DNA of 64,000 bases from Candidatus Uhrbacteria bacterium (lineage in GTDB: Bacteria; Patescibacteriota; Patescibacteriia; UBA9934). Position numbers and translations under genes: made by a program. The stretch spans positions 70,226 through 134,225 of the forward strand of contig CAWGHH010000004.1 of the NCBI GenBank assembly GCA_963822405.1, in the 5' to 3' direction. Below, piece after piece: positions 1-8,757 of the stretch (positions within the stretch are counted from its first letter, which is position 1; each line of letters starts with the position of its first letter). The notes under the pieces are model-generated. The model worked only from the letters and a program-made list of their open reading frames with translations, did not search any database and was not told the origin of the DNA.

Positions 1-201
1 AGCAGCCGCAGTAATAGTGATGCCGCGCTCCTGTTCCTGCTCCATCCAGTCCATAGTAGCCTCGCCCTCATGAACCTCTCCGATCTTATGCTTTTTTCCG
101 GTATAGAAAAGCACGCGCTCTGTGGTAGTTGTTTTACCAGCGTCAATGTGCGCGATGATACCGATGTTGCGAACTCGCTCTAACGGATAATCACGGTTCA
201 T
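1..201 (-). CDS. fusA: Elongation factor G, N-terminal part (runs off window)
   Basis: Manual translation [35 protein letters not shown]...[18 protein letters not shown]; follows rpsL-rpsG. Confidence 0.97.
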   Translation of the reverse strand, partial: MNRDYPLERVRNIGIIAHIDAGKTTTTERVLFYTGKKHKIGEVHEGEATMDWMEQEQERGITITAAA

Positions 202-213
202 AGATAATGGAAA

Positions 214-681
214 TTACCGAGCAAAGTGAGCGAAGGCACGGTTAGCATCTGCCATGCGCTGAACGTCAGCACGCTTCTTCACGGAATCGCCTTCGTTCTT
301 AGCAGCCATCATAATCTCTTCAGCTAGCTTTTCTGCCATTGGCTTGCCCTTCTTGCTGCGAGCAGCGTCTAGAAGCCAGCGATAAGCCAAAGCGTAACGA
401 CGATCACCGCGAACTGGCATAGGCACCTGGTAGTTTGCACCGCCAACGCGCTTGCTCTTAACTTCAACGGTAGGTGTAATGTTTTTCAAGGCGTTATCAA
501 AGACAACCATTGGGTCTTCCTTTGTTTCAGAAGCTACAATAGCGAAACAATCATACACGACTCTTTCTGCAGTAGACTTCTTACCATCCTTCATGACGTA
601 ATTGATGAGCTTCGAAACTAAAACATTCCCGTACTTAAAGTCAGGAATGAGGACGCGTTTTATAGCGGATTTACCACGCAT
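214..681 (-). CDS. rpsG: 30S ribosomal protein S7
   Basis: VEVKSKRVGGANYQVP and ANRAFAHF motifs; str operon position. Confidence 0.98.
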   Translation of the reverse strand: MRGKSAIKRVLIPDFKYGNVLVSKLINYVMKDGKKSTAERVVYDCFAIVASETKEDPMVVFDNALKNITPTVEVKSKRVGGANYQVPMPVRGDRRYALAYRWLLDAARSKKGKPMAEKLAEEIMMAAKNEGDSVKKRADVQRMADANRAFAHFAR

Positions 682-757
682 ATTATGTTAGTGTTTTAGG
701 TTTCCGTTTTACTTCCCGCGTGGGCGGTACTCGGAAACTATGAATAATTTACCTGAG

Positions 758-784
758 AGGGTCGACACAAAGGTCGACCCCTAC
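758..784 (-). repeat. REP-like palindrome family 1, copy 1 (intergenic)
   Basis: agggtcgac-acaaag-gtcgacccctac; reverse strand begins GTAG. Confidence 0.85.
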
Positions 785-790
785 AACACG

Positions 791-1231
791 CTATTTCTTG
801 GCTGCTGCCTTACCGGCCTTTGGCTTCTTTGTGCCGTAGCGTGAACGGCTACGGTTACGACCCTCAACACCCGTAGCGTCATAACGACCGCGCACGATGT
901 GATAACGAACACCTGGAAGGTCCTTCACACGTCCACCACGGATCATGACGATGGAGTGTTCCTGAAGGTTATGACCTTCGCCTGGAATATAAGCCGAAAC
1001 TTCCGTACCATTAGAAAGACGAACACGAGCGATTTTACGAAGGGCCGAGTTTGGCTTCTTCGGGGTCATAGTAGTGACCTTCACACATACACCGCGCTTA
1101 AACGGAGCTCCCTTAGGGAGAACGGTGCGCTTACGGTGCAAAGAATCGTGCGTGTACTGCATGGCAGGAGATTTGCTCTTGCGTTTTGCAGTCTTGCGCC
1201 CTTTTCTAACTAGCTGGTTGATTGTCGGCAT
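791..1231 (-). CDS. rpsL: 30S ribosomal protein S12
   Basis: [32 protein letters not shown]. Confidence 0.98.
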   Translation of the reverse strand: MPTINQLVRKGRKTAKRKSKSPAMQYTHDSLHRKRTVLPKGAPFKRGVCVKVTTMTPKKPNSALRKIARVRLSNGTEVSAYIPGEGHNLQEHSIVMIRGGRVKDLPGVRYHIVRGRYDATGVEGRNRSRSRYGTKKPKAGKAAAKK

Positions 1232-1243
1232 AAAAGTGGCAAA

Positions 1244-1272
1244 ACTCTAACATAAGAGAAATTATTGGTCAA
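1244..1272 (-). promoter_or_regulatory. Putative sigma70 promoter of rpsL
   Basis: TTGACC-N17-TAGAGT, 12 nt before ATG, no SD. Confidence 0.6.
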
Positions 1273-1342
1273 CACACGCTATCCCCCTTGTGACCCGTAA
1301 GAATTTCCGCTAACCTTAGATGGAACCAGACGTGGAGGGATC

Positions 1343-1669
1343 ATGGCTCAAGTCATTGCTCAACTCGTCCCGCTCAATCGCGATGGTTCCGTGATCATGG
1401 AATTGCCCGAAGACGTGGCGGATGCTGACGAACCGATGGGGTTCATTAACCCGCTCGTCGGCGATCATCTGGGTTGTCTTGGATACTTCGCCCTGCGAGC
1501 GCTCGAAAACGACGCAGGAATCAGTACCACTGACCTCGTGCTCAAGTGCACGTTCTGCAACTCTTCACTCGTCATCCCGGCAAAAGTCAGGACGTACAAA
1601 GGTCTGTGGCTCTACCTCGTTGATGCTGGCGTAGTAGACGAAGATGATCTCTGGCCACGGATCTACTGA
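1343..1669 (+). CDS. Orphan hypothetical protein
   Basis: 108-aa ORF, GGAGG SD, downstream hairpin; contains CxxC. Confidence 0.65.
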   Translation: MAQVIAQLVPLNRDGSVIMELPEDVADADEPMGFINPLVGDHLGCLGYFALRALENDAGISTTDLVLKCTFCNSSLVIPAKVRTYKGLWLYLVDAGVVDEDDLWPRIY

Positions 1670-1683
1670 CCCCGAACTGCCCT

Positions 1684-1717
1684 AAGGCCCCGCCTGAGCG
1701 CAGCGCGGGGTCCTTTT
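1684..1717 (+). terminator. Intrinsic terminator
   Basis: GC stem ccccgc...gcgggg followed by T-run, between convergent genes. Confidence 0.6.
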
Positions 1718-2398
1718 CTATTGACCAAGATAGTGACCAAGAAGCCCAAGACAAGACATTTGAGACAATGTGTCACAAGCGAAAGTGGCCGGAGCCTGGA
1801 CGACGATAAAAACATTCAACGGAGTTAGAAGAGAAAGGATAACTAAACCAAGAAGAATCTTTGGTCCATTCATCTCAAGCCAAGCACGAGCCTGATGGGC
1901 ATTCCCGTGAACAAGAGCTGCATCAAGAACCTTTGAGCCATCAAGTGGAGGGACTGGAATGAGGTTGAAAAATAACAAAAGCATATTTACTAACATAACG
2001 AAAACTAAAAACGCAGGAAGAATAGAATTTGGATCAAGCGAACCACTTTTAGCAAGGCCATGAAAAATCCCTGCAGCTATAAACGCCACAATTAAATTCG
2101 CAAGCGGTCCGGCAAGCGCAATAGCCACGCCATCAGCCAATGGATTTTTTAAACGCATCGGGTTGAATGGAACTGGCTTTGCCCAACCAAAACCCACAAT
2201 CAACAACATGAGCGTACCGGCAACATCTAGGTGAGCCAGTGGGTTCAATGACAATCGACCCATTTGCTCTGCCGTATCATCACCCCGCCACTTCCCCACT
2301 AGCGCATGCGCAAACTCGTGGACCGTCAAAGAAAGAATCAATGCTGTTGCCCAAGCGAGAGCGAGAAAGGGAGACGAGAAAAGAAGTTCTAGAAACAT
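1718..2398 (-). CDS. Site-2 protease (peptidase M50)
   Basis: HEFAH zinc motif, NLIPVPPLDG, multiple TM segments. Confidence 0.92.
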   Translation of the reverse strand: MFLELLFSSPFLALAWATALILSLTVHEFAHALVGKWRGDDTAEQMGRLSLNPLAHLDVAGTLMLLIVGFGWAKPVPFNPMRLKNPLADGVAIALAGPLANLIVAFIAAGIFHGLAKSGSLDPNSILPAFLVFVMLVNMLLLFFNLIPVPPLDGSKVLDAALVHGNAHQARAWLEMNGPKILLGLVILSLLTPLNVFIVVQAPATFACDTLSQMSCLGLLGHYLGQ

Positions 2399-2401
2399 AA
2401 A

Positions 2402-3700
2402 TTATTCAACAGTTATATCTGCGCCAACCGCTCGAAGTTTGCCGAACAAATCTTCGTAACCGCGTTCGAGATGCTCGATGCCGGTTAGCGTTGAGGTACC
2501 GTCCGCCACGAGAGCAGCGATCACATAAGCTAACCCAGCGCGAATATCCGGAACCTTCAATTCAGTCGCCGGCTTCAACGTTGCCGGTCCCTTGATAACT
2601 GCCGAATGCTTATAGTTCTGGTCCTTAAAACGACAAGCAACTTCACCTAAACAATTTTCAAACAACGTAATGTCTGCGCCCATTTTTACTAGTTCATCAG
2701 TATAACCAAAACGCTCCTGGTAAACCGTCTCATGCACAACACTCGTTCCCTCAGCCTGTGTAAGCGCAACAACAAACGGCTGTTGCCAATCAGTCATAAA
2801 GCCAGGATGCGTATCAGTTTCCAACTGCAAACCCTTATATTTTTGACCGCCGATGAATCGGATGCCGCCTTCCTCGACAATATATTCACCGCCCATTCGC
2901 CTAACAGCGTTCAAGAATGTCACCATGTCTCTATGCTCAGCGCCTTCGCAGAAAATCTCACCACGAGTGGCCAACGCCATAGAAGCATATGATGCAGCCT
3001 CCATCCGATCCGGAAGAATTCGGTGCGTACAACCGTGAAGCTTTTCAACGCCAGTGATTTCAATATGTCTACCCGCGCCCATCTCAATAATCGCGCCCAT
3101 CTTCTGGAGCATCATGATCAAATCAACGATCTCTGGTTCGATGGCCGCATTCTTAATCACTGTCCTGCCCCGAGCGAGCACACCGGCGAGTATCGCTGTT
3201 TCAGTCGCCCCAACTGATGGATACGGCAACTCGATCAATGTGCCTTTAAGTCCATCTTTCGCGGTTGCTCGGTATCCTTCTTTGTCAGCTTCGATTGTCG
3301 CTCCCATCTTTTCAAGCGCGTCAATATGAAAGTTGACTGGTCGAGGACCGATCTTGTCACCGCCGAGCATTGGCACGTATCCCTCCCCCGCCCGATGAAG
3401 CAATGGAGCGAGCGCGAGAATAGCCAAACGATTCTTTCTTGAAAGCTGCATGGCCGAGGTACTCGCAATCTCCTTCACCTGAATCTTCATGGTGTGATCG
3501 GTCAACTCAGTCTTAGCGCCGAGCATAGTGATCAGCTCGCGCGCGATCTCACTCTCTTGCTGAAGCGGAACGTTCTCAAGCGTCACTTCATCAGCCGTCA
3601 GCAAACAAGCGATTAGCATTTTTGACGCCGCATTTTTTGCGCCGGCAATTTTTACGGAGCCGTGAAGAGGTTTACCACCAGTGACTTTCAGGGTATTCAT
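2402..3700 (-). CDS. murA: UDP-N-acetylglucosamine 1-carboxyvinyltransferase
   Basis: GAKNA, GGDKIGPRPVNFH, PSVGATE, PDIRAG, HLERGYE; start moved to MNTLK. Confidence 0.95.
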   Translation of the reverse strand: MNTLKVTGGKPLHGSVKIAGAKNAASKMLIACLLTADEVTLENVPLQQESEIARELITMLGAKTELTDHTMKIQVKEIASTSAMQLSRKNRLAILALAPLLHRAGEGYVPMLGGDKIGPRPVNFHIDALEKMGATIEADKEGYRATAKDGLKGTLIELPYPSVGATETAILAGVLARGRTVIKNAAIEPEIVDLIMMLQKMGAIIEMGAGRHIEITGVEKLHGCTHRILPDRMEAASYASMALATRGEIFCEGAEHRDMVTFLNAVRRMGGEYIVEEGGIRFIGGQKYKGLQLETDTHPGFMTDWQQPFVVALTQAEGTSVVHETVYQERFGYTDELVKMGADITLFENCLGEVACRFKDQNYKHSAVIKGPATLKPATELKVPDIRAGLAYVIAALVADGTSTLTGIEHLERGYEDLFGKLRAVGADITVE

Positions 3701-3707
3701 ATTTAGA

Positions 3708-3734
3708 AGGGTCGACGCATGGGTCGACCCCAAC
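3708..3734 (-). repeat. REP-like family 1, copy 2 (intergenic)
   Basis: agggtcgac-gcatgg-gtcgaccccaac. Confidence 0.85.
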
Positions 3735-3740
3735 GGCGAG

Positions 3741-4265
3741 TTATTGGACGAACTTCTTAAGAGTCTCAAGGCTCAAATCCACGAATTTGTCGGCCTTCTC
3801 AAGCCAATCAGCCGGTGGGTTTTGCTCATCGAATTGTTCGACTGATGGCGTTGGCAAAAACATCGGCAAGGCAATGCCCTTATTTCCAAGCCAAATTAAT
3901 TGCAACTCTTTGATGGCTCGCACGCCACCGAATGGACCGCTAGAAACCGCCACGGAAGCGAGTGGCTTGTTCGCCATTACTCCCCCGCCAAGATAATCAA
4001 TCGCATCCTTAAGTACGCCTGGAATCGCGTGATTGTATTCCGGAGTCACGATCATTACCCCGTCTGCCAATTTCACGCCTTCAGCCAATTTCAACACACC
4101 TGGATGACTATAACTTTCCCCGTCATATCTAGGAAGATCTAGTTCCGCAAGATCAAGAGCCGTAACTTCTATTCCCTTCTGTTTCAAAATCCCTAATAGT
4201 ACTTTATAAACTTTTTCTGATTGGCGACCCTTTCGCACCGTTCCGAGAATTACAGCGATGTTCAT
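3741..4265 (-). CDS. NADPH-dependent FMN reductase
   Basis: GTVRKGRQS, TPEYNHAIPGVLKDAID, SSGPFGGVRA; start at MNIAV. Confidence 0.9.
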   Translation of the reverse strand: MNIAVILGTVRKGRQSEKVYKVLLGILKQKGIEVTALDLAELDLPRYDGESYSHPGVLKLAEGVKLADGVMIVTPEYNHAIPGVLKDAIDYLGGGVMANKPLASVAVSSGPFGGVRAIKELQLIWLGNKGIALPMFLPTPSVEQFDEQNPPADWLEKADKFVDLSLETLKKFVQ

Positions 4266-4280
4266 AGTATTAAAGCTTGT

Positions 4281-4381
4281 AAGGTAAAAGAATATATTCG
4301 TCAAAATTTGAGTCGGACCCTCGGCTGAGCCTACGGGCAAGTTACCTCCTAAAAATTTTACCGAACATATTCTTTTACCTT
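4281..4381 (-). repeat. Hairpin family 3, copy A (24-nt insert in apex)
   Basis: IR aaggtaaaagaatat...atattcttttacctt around aaatttgagtcgga[ccctcggctgagcctacgggcaag]ttacctcctaaaaattt. Confidence 0.85.
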
Positions 4382-4402
4382 TGGATAGAGTACACGAGCT
4401 AG

Positions 4403-4450
4403 AAAAAAAGAGGAACCGCGCCCCAGGCATGCGAGCCCAGGAACGCGGTT
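4403..4450 (-). terminator. Intrinsic terminator of upstream orphan gene
   Basis: aaccgcg...cgcggtt stem then T-run on minus strand. Confidence 0.55.
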
Positions 4451-4455
4451 TACGG

Positions 4456-5766
4456 CTAGCACTTCAAGCTGAAGCGCTCTTTCCAATACTCGTACAATTC
4501 ACGACGAACTTCCTGGTCCTCCCAATTAACCCCAAAGATTTCTCTATCCCAGTAGTAGTTCACGTGCGTGAGGAGCTGTTCCCCACGCCGAATACCGTGG
4601 TTCAAGTTATCCGTTGCGTACGCCTCGTTAATCCCGTCGCGCAACGTCGTCACCTTCTGTTCGACGAAGGACCGAATGATCCGATCTTCTTCATCGCGCG
4701 AGATTGTACCGATCAGCTTCACGTCCCAATAATCAATGTTTCGGTTAGGTTTCTTACTGGATTCTTCCTCGCTGCGAATGTGCTCAATGGCCAGTGGAGC
4801 CTCACCCCACAGCTTTTCGCACACGTAGGCAAAAAGGCGCAGAGCATCCTCACGTGTCGGAACACGAAGTTCTCCGTGCTCAAGCACTGCCGCCACAACG
4901 TAGAGTCCGCGTCGCGAATCTTTCACCACGGGATAACCGCTCTCAATGCCGATACACTCCCGCTCGTGCTTCATGGCTCGCGAGAACATGCGCTTACGCG
5001 GGTCATCACTCAAAACAAATTGCGTGAACCCGTTGTGTTTGATGATGCGACACGGAAACTCGGACATGACTACCCGTTGGTGACTCTCCGATTTCGCGCG
5101 CAGATCATTTGCCCACCGTTCGGCCTCTGCTTTATCAAATGTGACCCTTGGCTCCTCAATCAACCGACGTTGTTTACTTGAGTTCAGTCGAAACACAGCG
5201 TAGACCGTAGCCGAATCCTCGGCAAACAACCGATTCGCTGCCAAGTTCTCAAGCATAATGACGTCTTTCGAGATCCACCCGTCAGGATCTACAAGTTCGA
5301 GCTGGAACAACTGCGACGCGATGGCGAAGTTCCGTCGAGCCTCAAAAGCCGCCTGACACGCGAGTGTATCCGTACGTTTTTCCATCTTTTGCCAGAGGTA
5401 CATGAGACCAACCGGGTCAAGCTCGTTCGCGCTCGTGTTGTACGTACGCAAGGACAACGCCTTCGGAAAGAAATAATTTCCGATCAGATATTCCAGATAC
5501 AAGTCTGTGAGCTTAATTGCCTCAACAAACATGTCCCAGAATTTCTCAGCTCCAAGCGACGGGAGATCGATCTCGTCATTCGTTCGGTGTGCCCTCTTCC
5601 AGGCGTGATAAAACGCACCCTTTATACCCGCACCTTTCTTCCGTCGTGCCTCGTACAAACGCAAGATCTTATCGAGCAACTCCATTTCTCGGGCGATCGG
5701 TAAGAATTGAAGCACCTCAGCGGGACAAAAAACGCAATCCGTACGCAGAACCATGACAACCCCCAA
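4456..5766 (-). CDS. Hypothetical protein with degenerate RelA/SpoT-like nucleotidyltransferase motifs (start uncertain)
   Basis: Long ORF; RKRMFSRAMK / VKDSRRGLYVV / DYWDVK / VEQKVTT / NH spacing resembles RelA_SpoT. Confidence 0.6.
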   Translation of the reverse strand: MGVVMVLRTDCVFCPAEVLQFLPIAREMELLDKILRLYEARRKKGAGIKGAFYHAWKRAHRTNDEIDLPSLGAEKFWDMFVEAIKLTDLYLEYLIGNYFFPKALSLRTYNTSANELDPVGLMYLWQKMEKRTDTLACQAAFEARRNFAIASQLFQLELVDPDGWISKDVIMLENLAANRLFAEDSATVYAVFRLNSSKQRRLIEEPRVTFDKAEAERWANDLRAKSESHQRVVMSEFPCRIIKHNGFTQFVLSDDPRKRMFSRAMKHERECIGIESGYPVVKDSRRGLYVVAAVLEHGELRVPTREDALRLFAYVCEKLWGEAPLAIEHIRSEEESSKKPNRNIDYWDVKLIGTISRDEEDRIIRSFVEQKVTTLRDGINEAYATDNLNHGIRRGEQLLTHVNYYWDREIFGVNWEDQEVRRELYEYWKERFSLKC

Positions 5767-5848
5767 GCGTAAAAAGTAAATTTAAGAATAAGACATTGAC
5801 CCTAACAAATAGCAAAAGACGGCGCAAGTGCGCCGCCTTCAACCACCC

Positions 5849-5885
5849 TGAACCCCCTTTGGTCCCCCTGGGAGGGGGAAGCGAA
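5849..5885. repeat. Palindrome family 2, copy a (after ndk stop)
   Basis: aaccccctttggtccccctgggagggggaagcgaa. Confidence 0.8.
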
Positions 5886-5892
5886 CCAACCA

Positions 5893-6360
5893 TTAGATGC
5901 CTTCGCCGAAGTGGTAGATGTCGGTCAATTTGTCGTAGGCGAAGACTTCTTCTGGTTTAAAGAAACGATTAATTTCAACGGTAGCTGCTTCAACGGAGTC
6001 AGAAGCGTGAACCATGTTTGATGGGACGTTCATGGAAAGATCAGCACGGATTGTACCTGCATCAGCTACGCGTGGATTTGTAGCACCGACGATTACGCGG
6101 ACTGTTTCAATGACATCCAAGCCCTCAAGCACCATAGCGATCACCGGGGTCTGCATCATGAACTTTAGAAGTGCCGGAAAGAAAGACTTTTCCTTCAAGT
6201 GGCCGTAGTGCTCAGTGAGTGTAGCTTCATCAAGATGAGCCATCTTCATAGCAACAATCTTCAAACCCTTACGCTCAAAGCGACCAATCACTTCACCGGC
6301 CAATTCACGCTGCAATGCATCTGGTTTAATGAGCACTAATGTCTTTTGAACTTCAGCCAT
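5893..6360 (-). CDS. ndk: Nucleoside diphosphate kinase
   Basis: TLVLIKPDA, GTIRAD, NMVHASDS; start at MAEVQK. Confidence 0.96.
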   Translation of the reverse strand: MAEVQKTLVLIKPDALQRELAGEVIGRFERKGLKIVAMKMAHLDEATLTEHYGHLKEKSFFPALLKFMMQTPVIAMVLEGLDVIETVRVIVGATNPRVADAGTIRADLSMNVPSNMVHASDSVEAATVEINRFFKPEEVFAYDKLTDIYHFGEGI

Positions 6361-6409
6361 AAAAAGTTTGTTTAATTTGCGTAGAAGATACGGGAGGCGG
6401 AAACGTTTG

Positions 6410-7321
6410 TCAAAAGTTGAATGAAGTAATTGAGGGTTCTCCACCGGTACTCGTAACCCTAATACTTCCAAGTTCATCGGTTCGATAAATAGTTGCACCA
6501 AATTTTTCTAGTCGAGTGATTGAATCTTCGTCGGGTAAACCGTATGAGTTTCCTGCGCCAACGGAAATTATCGCCGAGTCTGGGGTGATTGCTTGCAAGA
6601 GTTTTTCACTGGTTGACGTACGGCTGCCGTGGTGGCCAACTTTGAGAACGTCGATGTGACCCATTCGACCCCCCGCATTCAGGCCTGAACCCCCTTTGTC
6701 CCCCTGGAAGGGGGAAGAAGCGAGAAATGCGGCTTCCTGTGCAACACCGGCGTCGCCGGTGAGTAGCATCGTCGTGTCGCCGTAAGTAAGAAGGGCGACA
6801 ACGGAGCCGTCGTTAGCGTCGGACAGCAACGCGCCATCGTATGACTCATTCGGCCAAACGAAATCTAGTCGCGCTCCCCCGCCGAGATCATAAGTGTCGC
6901 CGGCCTTCAAGTGGAGCGCGTCGGGCGCGAGTTTTTCGTACTCATGAAACTCGGGTGTGCCATATCCTTGTCCGCTATCGGCCACCTGCGCAACACGGTA
7001 GCGCTCGAGTACCGGCACGAGACCCATAATGTGATCTGCGTGCGGGTGCGTGTCGATTACGAGGTCTATCGAGCTATCCCACGGCAACATCACACTGGCC
7101 AATTTTTCGAGAATTGACGTATCGGGACCGCCATCGATCAACACCTGCTTCTCGGGACCGTCAATGAATATAGCGTCGCCTTGGCCAACATCAAAAACAA
7201 ATACAGACAACTTTGCAGGTTCAAATAATTTGTCGTTCACGAGTTCAACTCGCCCAATCAAGATACCGACGATAATTATCGGAGTCAGGACTGCTAAAAT
7301 ATTTTTTTTCGAAATCTTCAT
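6410..7321 (-). CDS. ComEC/Rec2-type metallo-beta-lactamase domain protein (C-terminal half of split ComEC)
   Basis: DVGQGDA, THPHADH, LLTGD, KVGHHGS. Confidence 0.9.
   Translation of the reverse strand: MKISKKNILAVLTPIIIVGILIGRVELVNDKLFEPAKLSVFVFDVGQGDAIFIDGPEKQVLIDGGPDTSILEKLASVMLPWDSSIDLVIDTHPHADHIMGLVPVLERYRVAQVADSGQGYGTPEFHEYEKLAPDALHLKAGDTYDLGGGARLDFVWPNESYDGALLSDANDGSVVALLTYGDTTMLLTGDAGVAQEAAFLASSPFQGDKGGSGLNAGGRMGHIDVLKVGHHGSRTSTSEKLLQAITPDSAIISVGAGNSYGLPDEDSITRLEKFGATIYRTDELGSIRVTSTGGEPSITSFNF
6686..6717. repeat. Family 2, copy b, in-frame in ComEC-MBL gene
   Basis: aaccccctttgtccccctggaagggggaag, encodes SPFQGDKGGS. Confidence 0.8.
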
Positions 7322-8757
7322 AGGTTAATCGCAGCGAAAGGCAAGGCGGCCATGGCGTCGATGATCCGCAAGATGACGTCGAGGAAGAGCCAACCAGGAA
7401 GAACCAAACCCCCTTTTATTCCCCCTAAAAGGGGGAACCAAGTGAATACATGAACCAATACCCCGAATGTGCCGGTAGCCATGGCGTAAGGTAGAAACGG
7501 GAGGACGAGGAGGTTTGTCACGGGACCGATGATTGATAGCCGATGAAAACCGAAGATGATTACTGGCAAAGTTGCGAACGTGGCGGCGAGGGTGCAAGAG
7601 AGTGATTCGCGTAAACCAAAAGCTTCGGGGATCCATTCAAGTTTAGCAGCAATTGGTTTGGCAAACGCAATTAATCCGGTAGTCGACAAAACAGATAATT
7701 GAAAACCGGTATCGTCCCGCAGGATCCGGGGCTCGATCATGACCATGATGGCCGTTGTCAGCAACAGAGCATTTCGCGCCGAACTTTTGCGACCAAGCTG
7801 CGTCGCTGAAACTGCAATGGCGCCCATGATGCCGGCTCGTAAAACAGCACCGGACCCACCGGCAATAATCACAAACGAAGCAATCGCAAATAACACAAAC
7901 GGAAATGCATACTGTCGTCGGAGTCCCGCATAGATGAGGAACGCTAGCGCCAGCGAAGACACGAGCGCAACGTTGTATCCGCTGGCCGCAACTACATGCG
8001 ACGTACCCGTAGTAATGAATTTCTGTTTCCACTTATCGGAAAATGAATTGTCGCCTAGCAACAAACCGGCGAGTAATTGAGCGTGTGGCTCGCCGTACGT
8101 TCGACGAATTTCCCCCACCGCCTTCTCGTGAATCTTCCCAAGAATAACTTTCGGATTATTTACCTCTTCTCGCTTTAAAATAAATGGTTCACTTCTCGAA
8201 TAACACTGCGCATAAATACTTTTCGCCGCAAGATATCTGTCATATCTAAAACCATCGAGTGGCTCAGGCGCTTCAAGATCGCAATGAACGCCAACTCTGT
8301 CGCCGAGCTCACCGTGAGAATAGAGCGGGACGAAGGTGAGAATTTTGTCGCCAACTTGTTCGCCGTTCACAGCCAATCGTTCGAGCGTTAACGTCTCGCC
8401 TTTCTCGCCAACTGAGTGCGTCATGATGACGCCAGTAACGCTCGCATTTTTTGCGAGGTGAAAAGCGACGGAGTTGGTCGAAGGCGTTGCAAGGGAGTAA
8501 CGCCAGATGCCGAGAAGTGAGGAGAGGGTGAAGAGAGTGAGGAGAACCCCCTTGGTCCCCCTGGAAGGGGGAAGCGAACCACTCCTGACCACCGACTCCC
8601 CCGTAGCCCCCTCTTTGAAAGAGGGGGAGGATACCACCCAACCCACGGCGCAGACGCCGAAGAGAACCAAGACTGGCCAGCCGTAGGACGCAAAAGCGAC
8701 TCCGAAGAGGAGACCTGCGAGGATGCTCGTCAGGATTCTGCTCGGAGTCGCCTTCAT
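7318..8757 (-). CDS. comEC: ComEC competence channel (DUF4131 + Competence domain)
   Basis: GTSHVVAASGYNV, GFQLS, multi-TM; TGATG overlap with leuS. Confidence 0.9.
   Translation of the reverse strand: MKATPSRILTSILAGLLFGVAFASYGWPVLVLFGVCAVGWVVSSPSFKEGATGESVVRSGSLPPSRGTKGVLLTLFTLSSLLGIWRYSLATPSTNSVAFHLAKNASVTGVIMTHSVGEKGETLTLERLAVNGEQVGDKILTFVPLYSHGELGDRVGVHCDLEAPEPLDGFRYDRYLAAKSIYAQCYSRSEPFILKREEVNNPKVILGKIHEKAVGEIRRTYGEPHAQLLAGLLLGDNSFSDKWKQKFITTGTSHVVAASGYNVALVSSLALAFLIYAGLRRQYAFPFVLFAIASFVIIAGGSGAVLRAGIMGAIAVSATQLGRKSSARNALLLTTAIMVMIEPRILRDDTGFQLSVLSTTGLIAFAKPIAAKLEWIPEAFGLRESLSCTLAATFATLPVIIFGFHRLSIIGPVTNLLVLPFLPYAMATGTFGVLVHVFTWFPLLGGIKGGLVLPGWLFLDVILRIIDAMAALPFAAINL
7407..7438. repeat. 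Family 2, copy c, in-frame in comEC
   Basis: aacccccttttattccccctaaaagggggaac, encodes FPLLGGIKGG. Confidence 0.75.
8545..8580. repeat. Family 2, copy d, in-frame in comEC
   Basis: aacccccttggtccccctggaagggggaagcgaacc, near-identical to copy a. Confidence 0.8.
8594..8629. repeat. Family 2, copy e, in-frame in comEC
   Basis: gactcccccgtagccccctctttgaaagaggggga, encodes SPSFKEGATGES. Confidence 0.85.
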
